Origin: the human T2T-CHM13v2.0 reference genome, Homo sapiens | DNA: 64,000 bases | Assembly (NCBI RefSeq): GCF_009914755.1 | Contig: NC_060937.1 | Reading direction: 5' to 3' (one strand) | In this document: in pieces, positions 25,151 through 40,739 of the stretch | How positions within the stretch are numbered: the first letter of the stretch is position 1 | Layout of the letters: every line of letters begins with the position of its first letter | Translations under genes and position numbers: made by a program | Notes under the pieces: generated by a model | The model's input: the letters and a program-made list of their open reading frames with translations, nothing else | The model's database searches: none | Told to the model about the DNA's origin: nothing

Positions 25151-26534
25151 ATACTGAGAAGTCACATAGTAAAATGTTGCTTGGAGTCTCTGTGCGTGGC
25201 AGGGCTTTGGCTGGTGTCTCTACAGCGGGGTGACTGGCGGAAGTCTCATAGGAGGGCTAGACTTTTCCCTGGTCAGCACCTACACAGTCACGGAAGCCCT
25301 TGTTTTCAGGATGGCTGCTCCCTGTCTTCAGCAGTTCCTGGTGTCCCTGAGTCCAGAGCCTTTCAGGTTCAACCTCACTGGAGAACCAGCTACCATTCCC
25401 TTCAGAAGGGGAGGGCAGTTTCCTGGCTAGGGGGACACCGCTGCTCCGCGTATGGCCCTCCAGGGGGGCCCCTCTCAGCTCACTCCATCCCTCTGCCTTC
25501 GAGGCCCTGTCCCCACAGCGACTCTGCAGCAGGCACGGGAGGAACTCACCTGCAGGCAGTGAAGGTGCGATTTCTGCCGCCCTGCTGAGGTGGCCACCAC
25601 CAGCACCCGTTTCCACTTTCCACATTTCGTTGCACTCTTGTCATCTGCTGTTGCCTCTTCACCTGGTCTCTATCCTTGGGGATTTACACACTTTAAAAAA
25701 TAATTTATGATCATTTTAATGAGGCTTGGGGAAAAGCAGAGATTAAAAGAAGTTATGTTTAATCTGCCATATGTCCACTATTTCTTTAATATCATTAAGA
25801 AGGAAAGCTGATGATACTAATAAGTCAGGCGAAACAGGAATTTATCAGTGATTTGATAAAATAGAGTGACTGTGGCATTGCCGCAGGGTGTGGCTATTCA
25901 CCCCTTCTTGTTATGTGATTGATCTTTTGTTTTCAAAATAAAGTGTAAAGAATTAAGAGTGACAGAATAAATGTCATAGAAAAGCTATCTGAGCCTAGTA
26001 GTCAACAAAGAAGTGAAATGACTTTGATTACAGCTCATTCCTTTTTTTGATGTAAACCCTAGTATTTACCAAAAAACTATATTGTAGATGTATGTATAGT
26101 GGGCATAATCTTCCTTCCTCTTCACTGTTATTTAATAGCTTAATACCTAAACTCTTGCTATGATTAATATAACGGACATTAATTATTAGACAATTAAGAT
26201 ACCAAAACCGAAATCCTCTGATGCTCAGCTCAGTATAAGCTCAATTTTCACTACGTATAAATTGGATCATCAGCTAGACAGTCTCAGGAGAATTTATTTA
26301 GTCTAAGCATTGTACACATACGTGACTAGATGCTGTTTCAGCTCTTCCTACCTATCAAACAAATACAGTGAGCCTGGAGGTTGCTGGGAGTTGTAAGAGT
26401 GGGGTTGAGATCACATTCCCCTTTGCATAGTGAAATATCCCGTTTAATGAAGTTGTTTCTTTTGGAGAAATGTCCATTGAACTGCTGCAGACTCTGGGTT
26501 TGCATTGGTGAAAAAAGGTGAAGGAACTCTTCCT

Positions 26535-27345
26535 TGGCGCCCTTGGGAGCCTAGAGTTAGCGGAGGAGGCGGGGGTCCAGCCAGGTTTCCGGGCGGCCTG
26601 GTGTGTTTCCCCGGGAAGCATTCACGGGAGCAGGCCCAGGGCTCATCCCGCGGGGGCTGGTCCGATTGCGCCGGCTGCGCAGCGCTTCCCAGAAACCGCG
26701 CTTGGTGATGTTGGAGGCCTGGATCGGGCTCTGGTGGAGGGTGTTTACCACCAGGCCCCACGCCCTGGGTCTTGCCCTCTGGAACGGCAGCAGGCGCGCT
26801 CCCGGCGAATCTGCCTGAATCGCCGTGAATGCGGTGGGGTGCAGGGCAGGGGCTGGTTTTCTCAGCCGGTCTTGGCTTTTCTCTTTCTCTCCTGCTCCAC
26901 CAGCAGCCCCTCCGCGGGTCCCATGGGCTCCGCGCTCAGAACAGCCCGGAACCAGGCGCCGCTCGCCGCTCGCTGGGGGCCACCCGCCTCTCCCCGGAAC
27001 AGCCTCCCGCGGGCCTCTTGGCCTCGCACTGGCGCCCTCACCCACACATCGTCCCTTTATCCGCTCAGACGCTGCAAAGGGCCTTCTGTCTCCGGGGGTA
27101 GGACCGCAGACCCTCTGGTGGCCTGCCCGCCGCTGACCCGGCCTCACTCGGCCTCCCGCTGCACTTCTCCTGGGCTTCCGCGCTTCCCCGCTGCCGAGAC
27201 CTTTCCCCAGCCGTTCCTCACTCATCCCTTCACCTCTGTCGCGCCCTAGGGTCTCGGGGCCTTACCTGACTCCCACCCTTCCCCTGAGCCCTCCGGCCCC
27301 TCCATCCTGTCTCCTGCTTCCCGCCTCTGCACAGCACTTAGCGCC
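26535..27345. promoter_or_regulatory. Non-repeat CpG island, probable promoter / first exon
   Basis: About 800 bp of GC- and CpG-rich unique sequence in a CpG-depleted background. ETS-like CCGGAA cores, TTCCCAGAA at 26686, and a minus-strand donor CAG|GTAAGG at 27266/27265. Confidence 0.8.
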
Positions 27346-27759
27346 GTGGGTGTACTGTGGATTTCACCCACTTGCTTTTTCTCTGACCTCTCCCACCAGG
27401 ATATGCATTCCAAAAGGGCAGGGTTTTGTCTTTTCTGTTTGTTGAGACATCCCTAGAACAGTGAATGGTGCATTGGAAGAGCAGAGGAAAGCGTGGAGGC
27501 CTAGAGGTGACCCCAGCTCCCAGGACAGGAAGGACCCGGGAGGGCTCCTCCTGGGCCTGGTCACATGCGCTCACCCCAGGGAGGCATCCACTAACACGCT
27601 CAAGACTGCTTAATACTTCGTTGAGGACGGCTTGCCAGAGGCTGACGGCACAGTTGCCAGGAGGGAAGGCAGGAGAGATGGACAGATGGATACTGACTGT
27701 CCTTCGTGTGCCACCCTGAAGGGTGCAGAGCGTGATGTCCACATCAACTCCCCTGTGCT

Positions 27760-27925
27760 TTTAACACCACTGTGGCACAGGCGGGGTAGATAGTATTATA
27801 TCTATTTATAGGTGGAGAAATGAGGCTTGAGAGAGGCTAAATGATACTTCCAAAGTCATGGAACCAGTGGGAACAGAAAGCCAAACCCCAGAGTCCTTTC
27901 TGGCACCCCATTCTACCAAAGGGAG
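27760..27925 (-). mobile_element. MIR
   Basis: 'ctatttataggtggagaaatgaggcttgagagaggctaaatgatacttccaaagtca'. Confidence 0.7.
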
Positions 27926-28111
27926 AACTGCGCCATTGAAAACGGTCTTGTGCGTTACCTTTAGCGTGTATGATACAGGCTGCCCGCTCCTCATTAGAGA
28001 GAAGGTAGTGGGGAGTAGTCACCCCTCTTTTGGTTCACCCCCCTAATCTAACCCAGTATTAAAATAGGCTAAAAAGGTCATGATCTCAGAGATAGCATGA
28101 AATCCCAGGGG

Positions 28112-28330
28112 TGTTATTTTGAGTGCCAAGTATGTGCCAGACATTGTTCCAGGCACCTTACACTCCAAGCCTCAAAATAACCATGCAGAGTAGGTGGTGT
28201 CACGCCCATTTTATAGACGAAGAGACTGAGGCTCAGCGGGGTTGGATTCACTGTTTAAGTCTCCACTGCAGGGTGGAGCCAGGTGAACTCAGATATGCCT
28301 GGCTCCCAAGCCCATGTTCTTTCTGCTCAC
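28112..28330 (-). mobile_element. MIR
   Basis: 'tatgtgccagacattgttc...cccattttatagacgaagagactgaggctcag'. Confidence 0.75.
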
Positions 28331-29244
28331 CAAGCTGTCCCCTTAAAACAACAGCAGGATTTCCAAATCAGGGTATTGTGCCTTTAGCACCCGTCACCTC
28401 TTGCTGGGTGTATTAATGTTCAAGAAACACAAGAGAAGGGTGTTTCCAGTGTGGTTAAGAAATAGACCCTCCTCAAGGCTTCAGCCAGGCTATAATTATT
28501 CTCAAGCACAAAATGTGGGGCTCTCCTGCTTGTCAAGTTTGGTTGTTTTTTGTCTTCTCACCCCATATTTTATTTTGGATTCTGTTTATATTTGATGTGT
28601 CAAACGGAAATGTCCCTTTTAAAGAAGAATCCTATCATTATCAGGGGACTGGATGCTCCTGAGAAGAAAATTAAAAGTCATCCTTTAAGATGGGTAGTGA
28701 TAGTAGAGAATATTGATCCTCAAGGCTTTTGAGAGGACACACTGCAAGTGGGTGGTTTGTTTTCGGTGCTGCTGCAGTCCGGGAGATCTTGCTGGGACCT
28801 ACCCAACAATGTGATTTCTAACATTAGGTTGCTTTTTCTAGTTCTTCTGATGAGCTTTATGGCAGAGAACGTCCTTGTATACATTTTGGAATGAGCAGTT
28901 CACTATCATGAGGCTTCTGCACATATTGTTAAGTAATCCTCGGAAGCAATTTGGCCCATAGTAGTCATTTGCCTGCAGTGTTTTCGCTGGCCCCGGGCAG
29001 TCTGTCCTGCCTCAGTTACAGGGGAGAGCACACACAGCGGGTGGCAGCCAACACAGTTTACTGTCACCACAGGAATGCAGATTTCTAGCAAGAAATATAA
29101 AATGGAATGTGCGTGTTTAAGTGTCCTTCAGGCATAGGCATGTTGCCTCATTAAAAAAAAACTTTCTTAACTGATGAGTTTACTAATAGCTACATAGACA
29201 ACTACATATTTTAAATGCCTCTCATCCAAAATTTTAGAACCATG

Positions 29245-29800
<556 letters not shown>

Positions 29801-30079
29801 TTCCTGACTTTACAGATCAGGAAATGGAGGGATACAAAAGTAAGGGATAGAAAGGTCTGTCTGTTCTCATTCCATCTAAATCTCTCTATTATGCAATGAA
29901 GTATTATATTCAACCAAATTACACAATTTTTAATTGCACAGAATCTAAGAAATTTATTCATTTCTTCAAATGGTAAATAATAGAACTTGAATACAATGCA
30001 TAGGAAGCAATTCACACCAAGATTCAGATGTTCTGCTCATATTCTTTAGGAGAGCTATGAACTTAAATGTATACAAAAG

Positions 30080-32280
30080 CACCCATTCACACAAACACAT
30101 ATGCACACATCCATGTATATTACAGGTTGTTATGGAGTGATCTCTAAGATACTATGAAGTGGAGAGGACCAGGCAGAAGCTGTATTTCTTTGAATGTGCC
30201 TCCTTTTGTAGACTGGACTGTGGAACCATATAAATACTTTACTTAATTATAAAACAAATTTTAAACGTTAAAATCAATCCCTAAAAATGGAAAAGAAAAA
30301 GAAACAAATGCATCTGAGTATTCAGATGGTGACAGAACCCCACATCAGAACCATCTAAAGCAACATTAAACCACAGTAATTTGACTATGGGATTTACATG
30401 AAGGGTAACATGAACTTCAAAAAACAACCAAGAAAACTTGTGTTTTCAGTAATGATATTGTTTATGCTAATGTTGGTATTGTCATTCTGAGATTGTTGTG
30501 TGATGTGAGACAAAGCAAAGAAGTAATCACTTTGGTTGTTAAGAACCAGGATTTTTGTATGGAGAGAGGTAAGATCAATGAGGTTCAGTAAGAAAAGCCA
30601 CCACCCTGAATGAAAACAGAAAGCACCAGGATGAACTCATGATTCATTTTATCCTAAAAAAAAAAAAAATCTAGATCTACCCTAAAAATGATGATCCATC
30701 CAGTAGAAACAAGGTGTCTTGGTGCTTGGAGAGTGGGCTCTAAATAGCATTTCCCAGCAAAATGAAACAGGGCTTCCCAGAGAAATGGCTGAGTCCCAGC
30801 CTGGGGCAGGACATGTGCAAGAAGGACCCTCAACATCTTGTCACACCAGAAAGCAAGGAAGTCATTAGAGACAGCTAGGGCTGTGTTAGGACTCAGGAGT
30901 CAACTTCTGAGACCCCCACTGGTCAAGGATGGCACAACGTGAGTATCAAAAAGGTGCTGACTGCAACAGATAGAAACATACCAAATGGGTCTGATCTATG
31001 AGTTCCTAGTGATACTGGAAGATCATTGATTACCTTTGGGAGACACTAGGGGGCCAATTCATTATTTTGAAAACTCATAAATAAAGGGAAAGAGTCAAAC
31101 GCCTATCCTGCCTCTCCTACATAAAGAGAAAACTCAGACATATGTGCCCAGCTGTTTCATCCTGCCAAACCTGTGGCTGGAGTCACCCCAAAAGTGCTGG
31201 CAGGGGAGTTCCTACAAGGGAGAGCCCCAAACCATCCTAAGGTGGAGTTGGTTGGGATTCCAAAGAAAGAAGCACTAGACGCCAGGGTGATCAGTCCACA
31301 GCATTTATTAGGGGAACTCACAGAGTAGGCTACAACGTATCCTTGTGAAGGACAGCGAGAGGGAAGAAGCATTCTACCTAGGGAGGGCCAGGGCATGGAG
31401 TTTATGTGAGGGTTTAGGGAATTTGGCTCAGGGCCAGGGCCAGTTTCTCTCAGTACTTTGGACAACAACGCAGATATCTTATTTGGTGCCTGCAAATGTT
31501 CAAGGGCCCAGTTTGGGTTCAAGCCTGCAGGGGAAAACCTGCAGCTAAGAGGGTCATAGAGCTGTCAAGACGTTCTGTGATTTTTGGTCAGGACATGGAA
31601 AGAAAGTTGCGGGTGGTGGGGAGTAGGGAACTGGGGAACCCTAGGCCAACAAAAGAACCAACACCACCTATGAAATAACCCTGCCAAATATGTGAGCCTG
31701 ATCCCAGTTAGGCATCTTGATCTATACCAGTTTACAGGAAATACAGACAACAGACGAACGTGTTAAGTGACACCACAGGTCTACAACTGGGGAAGTGATC
31801 AGCAAAGCACAGACTATGGGAAGCTCTGAAAGTTAGAAGGAAAAACAAGGAAACACATTGGCAGGAAACTATAGATTCAAAGAGACATGAGAGGCTTATT
31901 AGCAAATCACAGGACAGGGGCCTTATATGATCCTCGTTCAAATAAATAAAGGGTTAAAAATTATAGCACAATTAGGGAAATGTGAACACTCACTGGATAT
32001 TTAGTGATGCTGAGGAAATATTAAGGTGAGATTACATTGTGCTTTTATTTAAAAGAGGGAGTCTGTGTCTTTAGAAATATGTATGGATAAAATAGTCTGT
32101 TGTTTGGGACTTGCCTCAGAGCCATCTAGGGAGAGGCGCTGGGGGCACCAAGCATATGAGATTGTTCATAAGTTGATAGTTGTTAAAGCAAATTGATGGA
32201 AACATGGGAGGTCATTATTCTCCACGTCTGTATATATGTATTTGAATTTTTCCACATTGAAAAGTTCGTTTGTGCAATTT
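30080..32280 (+). mobile_element. L1MC-type long 3' UTR, interrupted by an LTR
   Basis: 'gcatttcccagcaaaatgaaacagggcttc', 'gattcaaagagacatgagaggc', 'gggaaatgtgaacactcactggatatttagtgat'. Confidence 0.6.
31150..31660 (-). mobile_element. ERVL-class LTR (MER76/MER77-like), approximate bounds
   Basis: 'gggtgatcagtccacagcatttattaggggaac' (antisense polyA-signal region) interrupts the L1MC. Confidence 0.45.
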
Positions 32281-34846
32281 CAAGAATGTACTGCAAGGAA
32301 TATAATGTCTCAGTATAAATTATGTTTGTGACAATCATCATGATCAATAGAGGTAAGAAACCAGAGACATTTGAGGTTTCCATTTCCAAACAGCTAACTA
32401 CCTCTTGCACTACAAAGCTTTGCATTGGTTGGTAAAAAATTTTCCCAGCTCCCAGAAGCATTTTCTTCCAAGTACAACATTTTAAAGATGGGAAATTATG
32501 CTTTCATTTCTGGCCATGGCGGGATCACTGGTGGAGGACCAGCCGTCCTGCCAAAGGCAATTATAAAACAGGAGAAACCGCAGAACTGTGACCTTGAGAA
32601 ACAGGGACATGCGAGGCGGCCCTCAGAGCCTTGGCTTTCTATGTGGAGGGACTTTTCTGCCACAGCATCAGAGAGTGGAGTCCAAGTGAATGGTGGTCTC
32701 ACTGAGCTGAACAGGCAGAAACTGGAGCTTGGGGTGGGTGAGGCAGCTGGAATGTGTGGGCAGGTGCTAAAGAACAGGGAGCTAAAATAATGGGGAGTGG
32801 CTGCTCAGGAGTCTATGTGGAGATTCACTGTTTCCTGGCTGATGGCCGGTCTGTGCAGGATGAGATTCCATAGGCCTAGCAAAGATGGCTTACTCTGCAT
32901 GTGAGCCATGAGCAATGATACGAGAGGCTGTGCAGTGTTGGCAGATGTTTGGAGATCTGCTCCAGCCTAAGTGGAGACGCCTTACTGACCTGTGTTTTCA
33001 GTTGAGACCCCAGAAAGGTCATTCCTTAGGAGAAAGACTACATCCCAGAGCAATGGAAACACCCTATGATTAAGTTCAGAGCCAAAATAGACCCAACCTA
33101 ACAAAGAATAAAACCACACCTGGCAGAATCAAAAAGATATGCTGCCAGGAAAATCCTCAATACCCATTAATAAAAGATGGCATAATACATGTTCCCTACA
33201 AAATAGCATCCACAACACTTAACATATGATATAAAATTACCAGACTTGTGATAAAGTAGGAAACTGTGACCCATAATCAAGAAAAACAGCAGTCAATAGA
33301 AACAGACCTCAAGATGATTACATGTTGGAATAAGCAAACAAAAACTTTAAAAAAATATGGAAAAGTTTAAGGAAAGATAGAACTGGAAAATTTAACATCT
33401 AAGATAAAAACATTCGCTGGAGGGGTGTGGAACCCATGAGATTGCACCTTGCTTGCCTCCTTCCCCAGATGATATAATTGAGTGTTGGCCCCAACTGCTG
33501 CACTTTGATGCTCACCCCTGAATTTGCACAGAAGCTGTGCCTCTCACTGGATGCTCCCTGTCCACGGAATCACACTTTTTAAATGCTGAAGGGACAAACC
33601 CTGCCAATCTGGACTTCCATATTCAGTGAAAAATCATTCAAAACTGAGAATAAAATAAAGATGTTTTAAAAAAGGTTGATAGTATTCATCGCAAGAAGAC
33701 CTAGCCTACGAGAAGTGCTAAAGAAAATTCTTCAGGTTAAAGAGAAATCAGAACAGATGGAAACCTGAATTCTCAAAAAGGAATAAGAAAACACCAGAAA
33801 GAATAAATATGTGTGCAAAAATAAAAGAATATATTTTTTCTCCTAATTTTGTTTTGAAAAAAACTGCTTATAGCAAAATAATAACTTTATATTCCAGGAT
33901 TTTTCTTTTACATAGATGTAAAATATGTGATAAGAAGAGCACAAGAGATGGAGGTTAATGCGGTTTTACTGTTGTAAGATTCTTATGTTTTATGTAAAAT
34001 GGTACAATATTAATTCTAAATAGATTCTCTAGAGTAAACACTAAAACAATACAATTGAAGAATTAAAATAGAATATTAGAAAGCATTTGATTAGCCCAAA
34101 AGAAGGCAAGGAAGGAAGAATCAAGGATCAAAACCAGATGGGAAAACAAGAAAACACATAACAAAATGGTCAACTTAAACCCAACGATGTGAAAATTACA
34201 TTAATGTAAGTGAACTAAACACCCTAATTAAAAGGCAGAGATTGTTAAACTATTTAAAAGAAATACTCAAATATATATTGTCTAGAAAATATGTACTTTA
34301 AGTACAAAGACAGAGCCAGGTGGACAGAAAAGGGAAAGGAAAATATATACAATAAAAACAGTGATTACACAGCATCTGATGTGGCCATTCTAATGTAAGA
34401 AAAAGTAGCCTTCAAGAAAGGAGTATTAACAAAGATAGTGACATTTCATCAGGAAGATATAACAATCCCAACCGTGCATATGCTTCAAAACAGAGCTTCA
34501 AAAACATGAAACAAAACCTGGCAGAATTAAAGGAGGGGATAGATAAATCCACAGTCATGGCTGGAGATTTTAAATGGCTTTCTGTAAATGGCAGAACAAC
34601 TAAGCAAAAGTATCTGAAAGGGTCTAGATGATAACAATCACACATCAGCCACCTGAACGAATTGGCGTTTATAAAGCATAGCAGCACCAAAGAAAGAGTG
34701 CACCGTCTGTTCAGGTGTACACGGACCACTCATCAAGATAGACAACGTGTTTTGCAATAAAATAAGTATCAACAAAATTCAAAAGATTGAAAATCTTACA
34801 GAATATGTCCTTTGACTACAATTAAATTAGAAGTCAGTAACAATAA

Positions 34847-35160
<314 letters not shown>

Positions 35161-35815
35161 CAAAAAATAATTTCTAAATAACCCATAGGTCAGGAAGAAA
35201 TCACAAGGGAATCTATAAAATACCTCAAGCCAAGTGGTAATTAAAACTCAACATATGAAAATTAATAAGATACAGCTAAAACAATGCTTAGAGGGAAGTT
35301 AGAGCTTTAATACTTGTAACAGAAAAGAGGAGAGAATTAAAATAATGATCTAAATTTATTTCTTAAGAAGTTGGAAAAAGAAGAGCAAATTAAACCCAGT
35401 GTGTGTAAAAGGGAGGAAATGATTAAAATAAGAGAAAAAATAAATGAACTATAGAATAGCAAACTTTAGAGAACTGATAAATCTCTAGCAAGACTAATCA
35501 TGTAAAAAGAGAGAGAGAGAGAAAAAAACTACTGGTAACAAGAATGAAAAATGGGATATCATCACAGTTCTTACAGACATTTACAGAATAATAAGGCAAT
35601 AATATTCAGACAACTTTATGCCAATATAGTTGACAATTTATATTAAATGTGTAAATAACAAAAAATTTAAAATTTCAAAAATTGTAACAAAGAGAAATGG
35701 AAAATCTGAATGGTCCTCTATCTATGAAAGAAATTAAATTTGTATCATAGACTTAAGGAAGAAATATTACCATCCTAACACAAACTCTTTAAGAAAATAA
35801 AAGAAAATAAAAGAG

Positions 35816-36202
<387 letters not shown>

Positions 36203-37559
36203 TTATAGACCACCGTGTTCCTCATGAACATAGTGGCAAAAATCCTTACTAAATATTGGCAAATTGAACCAAACAATATACAAAATGAGTAAATCTTGAT
36301 GCTAATATTTTTAATAAAGTAAGTCTCAGGAGTTGTTGGATCAATAGCAATATTATTTTAATATATTAAAATATATGAAATAAATATATTAATCAATATA
36401 TTAAATTATATATTAATATATTACATTGTATGTATTTTAATGTATTAAAATAGTCTATATTTTAAAATATAATCGACACATGACTATTGTCTGTAAGCAA
36501 GAAAAATTGGAAAGTTTTACCTAAATCATCTCAGTAAAGTGAAACTCAAGTCTGAAATGCAAGGCTTTTGAAATCCTACTCCTGCATCTTTGGGAAAACT
36601 CTGTAAGCCTGTGCCCTGGCTCTAACATCTTGGAATTGAGAGACGGGAAGCAACTTCATAGATGATATACAGAATGTACTTTGTCATTGTTGGAAACAAA
36701 GACGGGTGATAGCCATTGATGGGCCTGAGTGAAAATAGGAAGTACTCTTCATATTCCTCCCAGAGCTCAACATTTCTCACACTAGCTCACTCAAAACAAT
36801 ACTTTAAAAATATGGTGAGTCTTGTTTAAATTAAAAAAAAATAAATTTAGAATTGAGATTCTTTGGGAAGCTGTTTTCCCACTATCTGGCCAACCTGCCA
36901 CTTTTTATAGTTGCCACAGGACTGTTTTCGTGGATCCCTGTACACAACAAAACACAGCTGGTGATTGCAACACCTCCGCCTCCTCCCTTAGAAATGGAAG
37001 CATGACTGGCTTAGTCTTTATATTCGTATCCATAATAACAGAACAGAGAAGCATTCTTACATTGGGTTTCTTCTTTCTCCTCCTTCTTCTTCTTTTCTTT
37101 CCAATTTTCCCGTAATTTGCATAGCTAAATTTCTGAGTCCCTCTTGTTACTAAAAGGGCTATTTTTAATGGTATTCCTCCCCTTGCTGCTATTAATCTGC
37201 AAGCAAATCTATCAGAAATAAGGTAGGAGTGGTTTTACCATTCTCTCTATTAATCAGTGCCCAATGCCTTTCCATAATGAACCAAGGATATGTGACTCAG
37301 AGTCTAATAGCATTTATTGAGCACCTATCTCTGCAGCAATGTCTTAGGTATTCCCAGATGGTGGGGGCATACTGAAGAAGCATCAGATGTGGTACCTGAT
37401 TCGAGGAGTTTGGGGAGATAAAACACACAACTGAGGTAAAAGTAGTGAAGTTCCAGATGACGCAGGTATTGATTCTGGGTGCAGTATGAATTCGCAGAAT
37501 GAAGAGATGCATGTGGGCCCATGGCATTAAACCAGGTGTGGGTACTATGGTAATGCCCT

Positions 37560-37871
37560 TTGCAGATCTTCAACTGCAAGCACGTTCTTGATGGAGAGCC
37601 CAAGCAGCTGGGCTCTGAAATCCAGAGCAGTGTTTGTCCCAAGGCCAAAGCTGCCCTCTGGCTGCTCTGAGCCAGTGACTGAGTGAACACTGTCTAGGAC
37701 ATTTCCACTCGAACTGCCTTCCCTGTCTCCTTCACTCAGGGTCAGACTTGCAGATGCTCCCAGCCTTCTCTGGCTCCATCCTCATTTCCTGTCAAAGATA
37801 TTTTCCCTAATAAAATCCTGGCCTGCGTAATCCCATCTTGGTGTCTGCTTCTTGGAAGACCCGGATGAACA
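37560..37871 (+). mobile_element. LTR16-family (ERVL) LTR fragment
   Basis: 'ccctaataaaatcctggcctgcgtaatcccatcttggtgtctgcttcttggaagacccggatgaaca'. Confidence 0.7.
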
Positions 37872-38700
37872 AACAAAGCTTTAGGTAATGAGCCAGACTG
37901 AGATCTCACCTGGACAGATGGGCAGGGAGTGGTTCCAGGGCAGGACATGTGGGAGAACTGAACCAAATCATAGAGGTGGGCTATGGCCATGTGTCTATGA
38001 CAGACAGAGAGGAGCCATGTTGGAGGCTCAGAGGGTACCCATCGGGAGCTTTGGGAAATGAGCACATGGACCAGACCATGGGGTAGGGGGTTCATGGTCT
38101 GGTGTCGAGATTGGACTGTATGACACTTGGGGTTCTTGGAGAAGAAAATCATTGTACTAAAGTAGCACGTTTGGAAGGATAGCTGGAAAGCAGTAGACAG
38201 TATGGATTACAGTAGAGTGCCATGGGAATCAGAGTCATCAGCTAGAAGGCCGATTTCATGATCTGCGCCTGAAGGCACAAAAGGCTTAGTTAGGCAAGGT
38301 TGGTGCGGTGAAGAGAAAGGAGAGAGATTTTAGAAGTGGAACCAACAGGACTTGGGGCCTGAGTGGGATGAGGGATGAAGGATCCTAGGTTTAAGGTGAA
38401 GAGGAAACATGAATTCAAAATTGGGTTCCCAGGATTCTAGCCTGAAGGAATGGAGGACTCATAGCTCTGTTGACCAAGATGAGAAAATGGGTATGGAAGA
38501 GGAAACTGCTTCTATGGGGGAAAGAGAATGAAGAGTTCTGTTGTGCATATGTAGTGCTTGATGGAACAGCAATACGTATAAGCAGAAATGTCTGGTAGAT
38601 GTTGGGAAATTCAGAGTGCTTGCTAGACTGCAAATATACTTTTGGGAATCACCAGAATTAAGATGAAACTGTAAGGATGGCACAGATGGAAAAGGGTAGC
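37872..38700 (-). mobile_element. L2 remnant
   Basis: Purine-rich L2 phrases ('gagattttagaagtggaaccaacaggacttgg', 'ttttgggaatcaccagaatt'). Confidence 0.55.
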
Positions 38701-40739
38701 AGTCCCAGAAACAAAATAGAAAGATTTGGGGAAAAAGATGAAACCACCTCCCTTTTGGTAACAACCGCTTGGAAGCCTTCCCTGTCCCTGTCTCCCCATG
38801 CTTGCCTGCTGTCAGGCTGCAGAATGCAGGTGACCTGGGCAGGGAGGACGATACCTCCCTCAGATCCGTGGCCACAGTCACATTTGCCACTTACGTGGCC
38901 AAGTCACAGGGAGGGACGCTGACCTCCCTGTTCTTCATGTTCCTCTGCCTCAGGTTGAGCCATCACTCACTGAGCCTCTTTACATACATGAGATTCTCTT
39001 CCTGTCTGGTCTCTTGGACAGCCATGGAACCCTAAGAGTCTGCACTGCTCCTTTCTAGAAAACTAACCCTCACCATCTGCTCTTACACCAACCTCTATCC
39101 CTTCTCTCATTGTCAAGTCCTAGCCTTGCCTATGTCCTTGTCTTCTGCCAGTCACAGCCAGGTGTTTACACTCTGTTCCCCTCTGATGCCCCATGAAATA
39201 TTTATTACCAGCTGTTAATACTCCTAGAAGGATCTAGTTTGGCGAAGACCATGATTGGGAAAATGCAGGTATTGCAAGAGGCGTTTGCGTGACTCAGTAA
39301 GTGGGGTGATGCCTTCTGTCACTCTTCAACCCAGAGTTCATGCGGCATGCAAAGCTATGTGGCTTCCTAAAGGACCTCATCTTTTTTCCAGCAACTCTGA
39401 TGTATACTGTATCTCCCAGGCAAATACCATGTGCTTCTGCTTACCACACACAGCACCGTCAAGACAATGGGTTCACATTAAATGGGTCATTCTATCAGAT
39501 AAAACTTAAATCACTTGAATATTTTGGGAAATCGTTAAGAAATTTATTTAACATGTTTTCATTCAGAGCACAATGCTAGGAGCTATGGGATGATACAAAC
39601 CTTTACAGGGTTTAGTTTAGGACATGCAGGATACAGACATACATATACACACTTGGACTATGTGACAATATGCTTTCAATCAGAGCAGTTCTTTCTTCTC
39701 CCTGTAATGACAACACTGTCAAAAAGATTCTCCCTCGTATTCATTTTCCTGGGGAGAAAAAAAAAATCAATGTCCACAGTGACAAATCCAGCAAACTAAC
39801 GTTGAGTGTGTGCTCACAGGAGCTAGTTTTCTCCATACTTACTTAACTTTTCTGGGAGATATTTTGATTTATTTATACAACCCCCAAAATCTGACCCTTT
39901 CAGTATTCCTTGGGATCAAGGACAAGCCTGTGGTATTTGGATCAGTGCAGTCTCTTTGCATGGCTGCTGGCAGTCAGGTCATGCATCAGCTGTGGCAACC
40001 ACTGAGGGGCCAGGCTGGGACCTCTTAGGGTCACTGGAGGAGCAGCCTTCCCCTTTGTTTGAGGAGAACTTCAGAGAGATACATGGGTTAAGAGTGAAAC
40101 AAGGACATGGGTTGGAGTTTCTGGAGTCCTTTTCCTTGCTCTTTTACAAACACATGGATAAATTCCTAAGTCAGCTCAGTAAACCTTGAGGTACAGTAGA
40201 CCCCACCATTCAAACTAGTGAATAGATTGCCTCAACCCCCAAGAACACAGTCATCTACAGGGAAGAGGAAGCAGGGAGAGAAGCTGAGCTGCTGGGAGCC
40301 CATGCGCTCTAATCCAGAGGAAAGGGCTGACCCATCTCCAAGCCCTCAGCTGGGAGCCTACTGATTTTGAGTTATATGTAAAAGTAAGCTGATGAATTTA
40401 ACATGAGCTATTGTATCTATAGAGCCCAATGGAGAGACTGTCAGAAGCTGAGGGGGTGTTGGTAGAATTTGACAGGTGAACTGAAAAGAAGTGGTAAAAT
40501 TAGCAGACTGACCACCTCTAATTCTGGGGCGTGAGTGGAGAGGTGGATGGCCTAGGCTGCCGGGGAGACCCCCAAGGGCCTCATGCCTGCAGTGCAGCCC
40601 AGGAATTGGGATCCATAATGGTGGCCCCGTGCCATCAGAGGGGGGATTATGTCTGGAGTTATCTGTTTGAAAGACACAATTCATATATGTTGGAAATATT
40701 TTTAACAATATGAACCTAATTATTTTCATTATACTTAGA

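Noticed and set aside
26518-27249. 243-aa (+) and 222-aa (-) ORFs over the CpG island
   Set aside because: Low-complexity Arg/Gly/Pro/Ala-rich translations open in several frames on both strands. This is expected from stop-codon scarcity in GC-rich DNA, and no domain is recognisable.
40630-40646. CTCF-like motif ccatcagaggggg (also 25456-25470)
   Set aside because: Mismatches at core positions. Not supportable without ChIP data.
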